Positions 26,501 to 36,262 of a stretch of DNA of 64,000 nucleotides are shown here, one piece after another. The stretch covers positions 16,878,567 through 16,942,566 of the forward strand of contig CM120649.1 in NCBI GenBank assembly GCA_051362555.1. Direction: 5' to 3'. The position numbers and the translations under genes were made by a program. Origin of the DNA: Lingula anatina. Taxonomy: Eukaryota; Animalia; Brachiopoda. The notes below the pieces were generated by a model. It was not told the origin of the DNA. It ran no database searches and was given only the letters and a program-made list of their open reading frames with translations. Position 1 is the first letter of the stretch, and the number at the start of each line of letters is the position of its first letter.

Positions 26501-29500
26501 AGTTCCGTGTTGATTTGACAGGGGTCATAGGCTGAATAACAATACGGTACTAAATGATAACTTAATTTTGAAAAAATCTAGAGGCACAGGTATTTTAGAG
26601 GCGAAATTGGCTCATTTCTGATGAGATTTTTGATCTATGGGTATTATTTAGGTCGATAAATCTACTATTTTTGGATACGCATACACAACCTATGTAAATA
26701 TATAAATGTACATACCTGTGTTCAATAAGGTTGAGTGAATTTCAGATGTTTTGGCTGCCATTTTGAAAATTGTCAATTAACTCATCCTTATAATTGATGT
26801 AGAAGTGCATGATAAGTTAGTTAACGAGTTCGACCAACACCTATTTTAAGGAAATTGGAGTTTTTTCCAATTTTCATTCGCGCCATGACATCGTTGTTTG
26901 AGTCATTAATTCGGAGTTTGCAAATCCTAAAGCGAGACTCAAGATCACGAACGGCAAATTGGTTTATAACTTATTAGGCCTGAGTTTGCATTGCAGCGAT
27001 CATAACTTACTTTCGTTACAGGTAGGTCCGTGGTAAGGCGGCTGGCATTTACAGGTGTCGGGAGCTATACATTCACCGTTGTTCTCACACCCCGCCGCAC
27101 AAACGGCTAAAACACAAATAATTCAGCTATCAAAATAATTTGTCTAACAAAGCAAGTGAAAAAATGGGTTCAGTACTCAGTTTTTTGGCTAAGTTTCTTC
27201 TATAAATAACATCACAAACAAATAAGGGTGGTTAATTTAATCTTAATTAAATTGTATCTAAATTTGAAGGAGTCACATTGGCTCACGTATGTCGCAGCTA
27301 CTAGTGTTTGTGGCATTGGCTCCTGCAGACCACCCCTCACAGCAGTATTCGACTGTCACATTGAGCGCGTCATATTCTAGGATGTTTGTACTACAGGAGT
27401 AGTATCTGGAAAGATAATTAACACAATGGTATGTTTCCTACAGAACAAAACATTAAATCAGTTGTTCAGCGTCTATGTTCAGAGCAGGCTTAAATGTACC
27501 TCGCATTAAAATGTGTTTTATGATTCCGTCCTTTTTTGGCAAAAAGGCACTGTACATATTGATATTGAGTCATTTTTTACTTCTCTGCAAATATACGTTG
27601 CTTGCAGTGAATCTGTTCGCAATTTTTATTGATCATCCCAACTAGTAATATTTGTTCCTAACGTTCATACACTGTGGGAAGATTTTTTTACATTTTCCAG
27701 TTGGATTCAAACATATCTCTAGTGTACAGATTGAGTGCTGGATCTACAAAATTCGAGAAATGGAGTTTAACGTTTAAATAATTTTGATAGCTGTCTTGGT
27801 TTTAGAGAAAATCTCAAAATTGAAAACGGTATTTTCCCCAAAAAATGCAAAACAGCATTACCTGTTGGAAATTGCACTTTTAAAATCTCCATACAGTATT
27901 TCTGAATTTAAAAATTCTAAATTCTAAAATTGAAATTTTTAATTTTAAAATTGAAATTGGTGTTTTAAAAAATGTTTGTAGCAACAAATAAAGACAGAGG
28001 CACTGTGTCTATTAGTTTATCCGTTTTTCTCTATCCCTCCTTAAGTCCCGTATAATCCAAGTGTAAATATATAAATGCAGCCCATGAATGTCATCTTACC
28101 TTACGTAAACACTGCTTCAACATAGTGTTATTGCATTGTGTTTATTCATGAGCCTGCTTTTCTCATTGTGAGTGGGGTGATTATTTTTAGCTCTTCTTGG
28201 AACGAATCGATGTGTGCTTTAATGATTTTGTTTTTTCAAGAAGAACCTAGATTTTGAATTGTGTATTGATATCAGGCAAACAGATCGGAGTGGGAGCCCC
28301 TGAACTGAGTCAATAAAACCATTTGTGCAATCAAACACAAAGCGCAGCATACATGAGGTCTACACCTGATACACGGTCCCATATCGCTACTTACTTAAAT
28401 TTTCAAAGAATTTCTGAAAATGTTTCAGGTTAAAACAAAGCGGTCCCTTTAATGTTTTTCGATTAGAAAATAAGTCATTTTTCTCTGTCAATGTCTCGTG
28501 CCCCCCTCCCCTCCCACACACACACACACAAATTCTCTGTCCTTTTGATACACCTGGAGTTTGTAATATACATGTACATACAGGTCTATGTTCATGTTTA
28601 TCAAGGGGCGCTTAAATAAGTGAGCATTTTTCTCAATAATTATTCTGGATACTTGAAACTGGTTATATTCAAAAACGATTGTGGCAACCAGAAACTAGTG
28701 CTCTTTTCTGAAAAAAATTAAGCAAGCAGAAACTACAGTAGTAAAAAAAGTACTTTCAATTTGAAGAATGTATTACAAATCTAATAAAATTCTACAGGAA
28801 ATGCTTAAGGAGTAAACCAAACATATCATTCTAAATATTGGATACATTTTATACAAACACAATCTGGATTTAGCACTACAGAATACGGATTATTCGGTTA
28901 TAAAAAATTAATAATTTTCAAAGTCTGTTGTTTCCTTGTACATGTAAGTCTTCCCCCAATTCTCTGTTGTAATTCCTTGATTTAGAAATTAGTTTACCTC
29001 AGCTCTTACACATGAAAGTTGCGTTTATCACGAAAAAATCACATGAACTAATGGCCATATCGATTTAGCGGATATAAAGCCTCATTTGGGTGATTCAAAG
29101 GCCGCATTCACAAGAGCGGACTAACTGGTCCCCGGATTAAATATGACCGACTCACTTAAATGCTTACTGCGTAATCTCCGAGGAGAATCTATTCAGTGTC
29201 TTTTAGGGTATTAGACGGCAAGCTTTTAAGTGGTCGCCACATTTAATCCGAGGACTAGTTAGTCCGCTGTTCTGAATGAGGTCAAAGAGCCATTGGCGAC
29301 AAAATACCTAGCACATCTGCTACCTCCCCAGAATCCACATGATGAGTAATATCTACAATATCGATACTGTTGTACACTTCTTGTGAAGTTCCTCTCTTCT
29401 GTTCTGTTGCAAACATGTCTGAAATGTAATGAAAAAATATAGACATTTGAAATCAGGCACGAAGGCTCAAAAAGGCAACATATGACAATAATTAGCCAAG

Positions 29501-30556
29501 GAATTCGCGTTTGAATGTATTGTTTTGAATAAATGAATAAGGGTATTTCGAAATTGGATATGAAGTTGGTGAAAACGTTAATATCGTCCAAGCATTTCAC
29601 ACTCTTTGCCTGTGAGCTGCACTGGAAAATACTGACGTTAGCTTGAGCGAGCAGAAGCGGGGATCGAGGATTGAGCAGAATTTAAGGGGATATTTGTGTG
29701 AAATTTGGACTAGCATACATGTAAGTGTGCCTACGTGAATAAAACGAGGTATTCCTATCCCATTCCCACATTATATAGCCAAATAATACATTTTAGTAAA
29801 TATCGATAAAAAATGTGTCCACTGAACATATTACACGAAAACACCATATTAAATCACACAAGGTTGCATGTTTGGTGAACAATTATTCGACCATCTGGGA
29901 TTTATAACTTCTCTAGCTAAAGACTAGGAGTGATTTTCAAACAACTTTGTCTTAAGCCCCCTTTACACTGGACGGCGTCCTTTCTGTGTCCCGTAGTACG
30001 GTCCCGTTTGAGAGTAAAACAAGGCAGCAAAGCTGTCAAATGTACAGACAAAAACCAGAAAATAAAAATGCAGATAATAGGATACTGTCAATACTGATGC
30101 ACTGATGTATTATGCTTACTGTAACTGCATCGCCAAGATCAAATTCTAATTCTGCATAACAGTGTATTAGGATGAAAGTAAAATGTGTAACAAGCATTAA
30201 ACCCGAGTTCCCATACCAGATTAATCTAACAGGATCAATCCAACTCCAAAGGGTTTCTCACTAAATTGCTTTCAGCTTAAGCGGCTTAGGATTCTGGCAT
30301 GACAGTTTCAGTAGGCATGACAGACAGCTAAGCCACTTACATTGATTGCAGTTTAGCGAGAATTCCCTTGGAGATAGATCGATCCACAGTTAGCGTGATA
30401 GGGTCTGGAAATGGTCCCTAAGGCTTCAGGCTGATAAGAGTTAAAGTTCATACTTTGGAAATGCCAGAATGAGATAAAGTGAAAATTTCACAAAAAAATT
30501 GCTAAAAAAAAATTATATATATATATATATATCACAATTATATATATATATATTAC

Positions 30557-30607
<51 letters not shown>

Positions 30608-33486
30608 AATAGGGCTGTTTTTCTAATTTGGGCTGTATGTCAATCCTAAGAATCGTTCTTGTAAGATAAAAAAATACAGAAAATGTTACAAAGTAACAGT
30701 ACAGGGCTCCTGGTGTATGGGAGTGATAAGTCACGTCTTGAAAATGCCAGTTTGAAAAGTTAAAAATTTAAAAAGAAAAAATTACAAAAATATTCCACAA
30801 AAGATGCCATTCAGTCTAGCTGCATTACCATGATATGAATCATCCAACTTAAGTTTAAACAGCGTAAACAAGTCACAGAAATATATATTTTGTTTGACCA
30901 CAAAAAGGGCAGTCATAGCTATTATTCTGATATCTGAACTTGTCATCAGACCATGTGACCTCCATAGATGGCTATACTTTGTAATAATTTCTTAAAAGAT
31001 AAAATTAATGATTTGCCAAAAAGAACAGTTATTATCCCTTTAACTGCAAAGTCAAGTTGCAAATATTGCACAACTGGAGGTATCAATAAAAGTGAACTAT
31101 TACATGCCCTTGGGAGTCATAAGTCCCACACTGAAAATGCCAGTTAGTGAAAGATAAAAATTAAAAAAAAATGTACAACAGAATAACATGGTCAATAAGA
31201 TAACAGTTTCAGGACCATATGTGAGAGTTCAAATTCACATAATGAAAATCCAAATATGTGAAAAATGATGACAGTGCATAAAATAATATTACACAATGTT
31301 TAAAGACATAAAAACCAACACAACTGCTTATGTGGAAAAACAGAAAATGCACAGCGCTTCTGGTGGATGGGAGTTGAAAGTGACATCTTGAAGATGCTAG
31401 TGTTTGAAAAATAATTAAAAGAAAATGTAAAATAAATTATAACAAAAAATTCCAATAAAGCTGCTTTTAATCTAGCTGTATAATTACTAACATGATATGA
31501 ATAACCCTATTGAGTTTGAGAATAGTAACGCACTGTTATTCATCTTTAGCATTGATGTAAGCGTTACACAAAATTTTTCTTTTGTAAAATTATTGTCATA
31601 TTAAATAACATTTACATAATAATCATCGATTCCTAATTATGTGACACAGTTAAGAGAGATAAACCTATGGGACTTTACAATGAAATCTCAACGTGTGTTT
31701 TATGTAATCTCATTTAATGGCCAATTGAATATTAATTAAGCAAATTACTTTATAACCCTGAATTAACATACTGCCTGCTATCCATATACATTTATTGCAC
31801 CATATAGCACTCTGTAGAACTGCATTGCTTCCAAAACAGAAAACAATCACACTGGTTTTCCAACACAAGCTGCACTTCAGTATGAAACTTTTCAGTAAGT
31901 TTGAGTATAATAAGTAGCATGGTTTTCCCTTAATCGCTATCCTGGCAGCAGTGTCCAAAATACGGGTTTTCTTCAACTTTCATGCACTATAACATAATAC
32001 TTAACAGCATAATGACCATCAATTTTTTATAAAAAATAAAAGTATCATGGATATTCAGAAAATGTGATATGGAAAGGTCTCCAAGGCCATGGAAGTTCAG
32101 AGTCACACTTTCAAAATGCCAAAATGTAAACAAGAGATAACTGTACTGAAATGATTTTCTTTCCATTTTCAACACCTTTTTTAAATAAAACAAAATAATC
32201 AATTTATTGTGATTTTCAAATGATCAACAAGGAAAATTGTTGACATAGGAAAAATATCAGTAGAACAATTTTAAATGTCCAATCTGCTCCATTCTGAGAT
32301 TCTGAACATAGTGAATGATGAGTTCCTTTCCATTTTTGATACTTTATTACACAATGCACGATAATAGGTTTACCATCATTTTTATATAATCAACTAACAA
32401 AATTGTTAAGAAGCAGAAAATGTCAAAACAACACTTTTACATATCTAATTAGTTCCATAATGAGACTGTTAACATGCCTAAGAATTAAATCTGAAGAAAA
32501 ACCACTTATATACAAAAAGGCTAATAACTTCATCAAAACTTAACTGATCTAGCTTATTTTCAAACTTGATCTGTATACTAGCCAGATTGATCACTCTTTC
32601 GAGTTGCAAGACAAAAGGCTGATTAGTTTTCCTTAAAATGCGTTATCAGTGTTGCATGTATGCTGAATAAAGGAAAAAAACAGCATAACTTTTGTAAAAA
32701 TAGTCCAATCAAGCCAATTTTCAAAGTTGACTTGCGTATTATGAATATTCATCAGTTCTGTAAGTTTCAAGTCAAAAGGTAAAACGGTTTTTCACTTATC
32801 GTGTTTACGGTGTTGCATATATACTGAAAAAAGTGAAAAAATACATAACTTCCCTAAAAGTGACCCAATCATGCTGATTTTCGAACTTGACCTGTGTATT
32901 ATGAATATTCATCAGTTCTGTAAGTTTCAAACCAAATGGTAAAACCATTTTCCACTTATCGTGTTTACGGCGATGCATATATGCTGAAAAAAGTGAAAAA
33001 ACAGCATACGTTCCCTAAAAATTGCCCGATCATGCTGATTTTTGAACTTGACCTGAATATTATGAATATTCATCAGTTCTGTAAGTTTCAAGCCAAAACG
33101 TAAAACCGTTTTCCAATTATCGTGTTTACGGTAAAAGTGCACGCCAACGGCAACGGCGACGACAGACGCAGCTGACAGCTATATGTACAGACACATCTGT
33201 GTCTGTACATAAAAATAGTTTACGTGCCGACAACTGGCCGATCATTGATCATTCATTCTTGTGCCTACTTTCTACGACCACAGCGATGCCAGTTTCATGG
33301 TCGCACAAATGACACAGAAATGACGCCGTCCAGTGTAAAGGGGGTATTAGGCGTCCCAACGTCGGGGCACTAGCGACATGCTATCCCATGTTTCACTTAC
33401 CCTGTTAATCCACTGGACACTCCAAAATGTGACAGAACGACCGTGGTAAAAATCCCTGTTACGGCGAGAATTATCCGCAGTGGCAT
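1014..33486 (-). CDS. Giant secreted/cell-surface mucin-like glycoprotein: SP-EMI-EGF-[D8C/D10C-linker-cbEGF]xN-Ser/Tyr repeat-NIDO (3' end outside window)
   Basis: 31 GT-AG exons join in frame (10810 nt, >=3603 aa): 33486-33401, 29418-29308, 27405-27287, 27106-27011, 26531-26325, 25905-25741, 25467-25387, 24875-24750, 24149-23943, 23554-23390, 23126-23046, 22574-22449, 21974-21849, 21378-21253, 19974-19849, 19318-19193, 18676-18551, 17941-17735, 17333-17169, 16894-16814, 16030-15905, 15373-15245, 14632-14426, 13903-13739, 13486-13406, 13149-13042, 12712-5880, 4870-4706, 2351-2234, 1937-1801, 1101-1014. Phases match at every junction; no stop codon is reached inside the window. Confidence 0.85.
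2810..3111. mobile_element. Foldback MITE with 134-bp inverted arms and TAA target duplication (Harbinger/Tourist-like)
   Basis: 2810-2943 is a near-perfect reverse complement of 2978-3111, with a 34-nt spacer; TAA on both sides. Confidence 0.9.
5566..5757. mobile_element. MITE family A, copy 1
   Basis: Imperfect TIRs GGGCGCATTCCCATAGATT / AATCTCTGGGAATGGGGTC, flanked by TAA/TAA; near-identical copy at 37674-37887. Confidence 0.85.
5880..12712 (-). CDS. Gene 1 giant exon (6833 nt): Ser/Thr/Tyr-rich tandem repeat domain and start of NIDO region
   Basis: Open for 2277 codons; tttcag acceptor at 12713-12718 and GTAAGT donor at 5879. It ends in LYPFG...[13 protein letters not shown], typical of the segment preceding NIDO domains. 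Confidence 0.9.
6620..12330 (-). repeat. Coding minisatellite, 60-bp unit with 63-bp variants, on the order of 90 copies
   Basis: Plus-strand unit GATGCTGAACTGCTTGCAGATACCAATGATGTTGGTGTTGAGCTACTTGACAAGTAGTAT encodes [20 protein letters not shown] on the minus strand. The unit aligns vertically in the 60-nt lines. Confidence 0.95.
13042..26531 (-). CDS. Gene 1 tandem array of D8C/D10C-like domains (4 intact), 4 Cys linkers and 10 calcium-binding EGF exons
   Basis: Repeated 207-nt exon (DPCQ..CDSTL..WY..LPT.CPG..CGTTGP.W) and 165-nt exon (AC....SCC....VQIKNC..F.YYL.PT.ACP.AYCF), together giving 10 Cys as in the uromodulin/GP2/OIT3 domain. Also an 81-nt linker exon and 126-nt DI(N/D)EC..NT.GSY.C.C exons. 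All are phase 1-1. Confidence 0.85.
14092..14260. mobile_element. MITE with GGGAGCATTCACATC TIRs
   Basis: Perfect 15-bp TIR and extended internal palindromy; shares CTAAATATGGCGGAC and CTTTCATGTAC with the 2810 element; absent from paralogous introns. Confidence 0.85.
20557..20726 (-). pseudogene. Truncated D8C first-half pseudo-exon inside gene 1
   Basis: Intact acceptor and AFDPCQ...LPTTCPGSP, then an abrupt switch to intron-like sequence (MFDIS, stop at 20539-20541). The donor, second D8C exon and linker exon are absent. Confidence 0.85.
27011..29418 (-). CDS. Gene 1 EMI-like domain (2 exons) plus EGF exon
   Basis: [37 protein letters not shown]|[39 protein letters not shown]|[32 protein letters not shown]. 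The CCxGW motif followed by an EGF is the EMI/EGFL7/MEGF-type N-terminus. Confidence 0.75.
29100..29283. mobile_element. MITE with about 40-bp imperfect TIRs
   Basis: GGCCGCATTCACAAGAGCGGACTAACTGGTCCCCGGATTAAAT ... ATTTAATCCGAGGACTAGTTAGTCCGCTGTTCTGAATGAGGTC; AAA on both flanks. Confidence 0.8.
30205..30420. mobile_element. Diverged relative of MITE family A
   Basis: TTCCCATACCAGATT...TCTCACTAAATT...GACAGCTA...TTTAGCGAGAA...GATCGATC...TCTGGAAATGGTCCCTAA resembles 5566-5757. Confidence 0.55.
30514..30603. repeat. Interrupted (TA)n microsatellite
   Basis: Directly visible, broken twice by CAATT. Confidence 0.95.
32510..33135. repeat. About 160-bp tandem repeat, about 4 copies
   Basis: ATGAATATTCATCAGTTCTGTAAGTTTCAA recurs at 32741, 32901 and 33062; a more diverged first copy lies near 32520-32680; an isolated fragment lies at about 34598-34665. 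Confidence 0.9.
33401..33486 (-). CDS. Gene 1 first coding exon, probable signal peptide
   Basis: [29 protein letters not shown]: basic N-terminus plus hydrophobic core; GTAAGT donor in phase 2, matching the phase of exon 29418-29308. Confidence 0.75.
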
Positions 33487-35118
33487 TTTAGTGCCACAAA
33501 TCAGTCTTAATGAAATGATAATCGTTGTTCTTGCTACGTTAGTAATGTCAATCACATGCTTTCTGGCGAATAATAACGACGCCACCACATCCGTTACAGT
33601 TTCGTTTAAAACACGTGGAAATCAGACCTTACTGAGAGACACCTCAGGCTTTTCTCACTTTTTAAAGTGATATCAAAAATATCAATTCGTTTCTGTACAA
33701 TTCAAAGCCCTTGGATACCGGACGCCTGCTATTTCACAAAAACAAACAATAACGGTGCAGCGCATTTGTTATGACAGCAAACCTTAACAAAAAGAAAGTG
33801 CAATCTTTACTGTAAACATAGGTGCTCTCACAATGCTTAACTCGAAATATGATCTGCCTAATATTGGCTTGAAATATAACAAATACCTGTAGTTTCTTTC
33901 AAAACAGTAACAATGTCAACTTAATAAAAAATGGGCATTTTGAGTCGTATGTACATGTAGACGAAGAGGGGGTAGTCTGCCCCCGGGACAAGTCTTCCCC
34001 CCTCCCCCTTATCTCGAAAGTGAAACGACGGATCTCGCCCTCCGTCCTTTTGACAGGTCACATGATAGCATAATTTAAAAAAAGGGGGGTGCAACGCAGA
34101 TAGAACACGACTCGCAAGCCAAAACTTGTTTTTGACCTTGAAAAGTTATTTAAAAGGCCCCATTTGGTGTCTAATTTTGTGAGTTGAGTATAGATTTACA
34201 GGTAGTCATTTGTATGTATTGTATGCAGGATGTATGGCCTTTACTGTGACAAATTCTTACTTCGGATGAGTCATGTGACTATTATGCAATCAAGTGCTTA
34301 ACAAAAAAGGTTTCGTTTGGGCAAGTCCGCCCCTTTTTTTAAGCACTAGTTCGCCCCTTTCCATGCATTTATGTCACAGCTACAGTGTATGTATAAGATT
34401 AAGACTAGAGAAAACGAGACTCAGCCTCTATCAGAATAATCAGACGTAGAAAAGGTGTTGTAACTTGACAAAATACAGATAGAAAATACTTTTTAATCAA
34501 CTTTGTAATATTTCGGCCAAAGAGACTGTGGTTTTGTTGCTGTTATTAAGCTCAGTTTTATTTTAAGTTGTTGTCAGAGAGAACAGTACTGAAGTGTGCT
34601 GATTTTTGAACTTGACCTGAATATTTTGAATATTCATCAGTTCTGTAAGTTTCAAGCCAAAACAAAACGCTGACAGCAAAGTTGCTTTTGCTACTTACTT
34701 TTATCGAGTAAAATACACGGAAATGGATTTGGATTAGGATGGTCTCACACTTGGGCAAGATATTATTTCAAAATTGAATTAACTCCAAAAATAATTACGG
34801 AGGACTTCTGATACTTATATCTCAATAAAGGTAAATAAATGTACTTCATTCTGAAAAAATCTGGAATACTGAAGGTTATTGTATTTTTCCATCTAAAATG
34901 TTCAGAAACTGGGCGGAATAACCCCGCCTTCCCCTACAAGCTGAATAATGCATGTATATTTTAACTTGACCAAGTACGTTTCTGTAAAATCCAAAGCCCT
35001 TTTGGCTGCCTTTTAAACCCATGGAAGACGGAATGCTCGTTTTCAAAAATGGCAAATGTTAGTTATCACATGTAGGTGCATTTTATAAGGGTAGTTAAGA
35101 AGAAGGGTAAGGAGAAAA

Positions 35119-35122
<4 letters not shown>

Positions 35123-35214
<92 letters not shown>

Positions 35215-35216
35215 AA
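35123..35216. repeat. Compound (GA)n(GT)n(GA)n microsatellite
   Basis: Directly visible. Confidence 0.95.
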
Positions 35217-36262
35217 GAGCAATTGAAATTGTGTGTGAGAGAGATAGAGAGAATGAAAGAGAAGAGGGAAGAAAGAGCTGTGTACTAATTCTACATACAT
35301 GTAGCATTGTCAAATAAAGCAAAGAAATAGACCTGTGATACAAAAATGAGCAGTTTTATTGCATTTGGAATACAAAGATTTGTTCAATGAATGCATTTTC
35401 TTATTTAATATTGACCCCTGTTCTTGGAATGAAAGACGAAAAACCAAGTAAGCGATCCGCTTTATGTACAAGCTGAAGCAACGGGTAAATTGAGACATGA
35501 CACGGCCACTTGCCTCCAAAATTGCCTTATAAATCATAAAAGTTTACACTGTCATAATGGAACTTTTTTCCCTTTCTTTTCTAAGTCCGTCCCCTATTAC
35601 TTTGTACAGGTGACATTCGTCCCATATACTAACCCCAATACTTCGACTAACCCTAACCTGTACTGATCACATGAGAACCCGGACTTCCATCCCGAGGACT
35701 ACCATTACTGCCACACCGGCATATAAGTGTCTCTTGTCTTGTCTTCCCTACTGGATAAAAAGTTGGCCAGATAATTTGTTTCGGGGATGGTGGCTGCAGC
35801 GGGCTCTTGGGTAGTATTAATCATAATTCTTGTAGATGCTGTGATAGACTTAACCACGACTTTTACCCCAATAAATAAGCTATTTAACTAGGTAACAATA
35901 TTTAAAGGTGAAATTAAGAAAATAAATGTATAACATTTGAAATGTAAAGGCGATCTTAACACCTGGGTTTTGACAAAGTAGTTCGTGTCTCCATTTTGTT
36001 TTCACTTCTCCATTTTCCATTTCGACTTTGATAGTCTGTAATATTTGCAGTTATACAAAACAGCGCACAAAGAAATGGAAGATATCAAAATATTAAAATA
36101 TGCTCAGTGCAAATTTCTTATTGCTTTTTAATGATTAAATCTAGTCTATATGATTATGAGCAAAGTTCTTCTTACACGCTTTTTGGTCTAATTTCTCGAA
36201 TTTTTAAAAATAAATATACACATCGGGGTATAATACAATCGTGACGAGGAAGAAGACAAAAG

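Larger units (their letters stand above)
30018..33215. mobile_element. Helentron/HINE-like non-autonomous element with internal tandem repeats
   Basis: 5' AACAAG..AGCTGTCA..TGTACAGACA. At the 3' end: about 160-bp tandem repeats, an ACGGCA microsatellite, TGACAGCT (inverted partner) and a perfect 14-bp hairpin at 33182-33211 followed by an A-run. Confidence 0.6.
29955..33346. mobile_element. Harbinger-like TIR element expanded by nested insertions
   Basis: 34-bp TIRs CCCCCTTTACACTGGACGGCGTC(C)TTTCTGTGTC (29957-29990) and the reverse complement at 33311-33344 (1 mismatch); TTA lies 2 nt outside each end; no transposase ORF. Confidence 0.8.

Noticed and set aside
35043-35343. ORFs with ERER/VCVC/THTH runs (also 42393-42652, 46414-46660, 52842-53150)
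   Set aside because: Microsatellite translation artefacts.
35670-35720. Possible tRNA or tRNA-derived SINE head on the minus strand
   Set aside because: Only a loose A-box (TGGCAGTAATGG) and poor B-box; no cloverleaf can be built.
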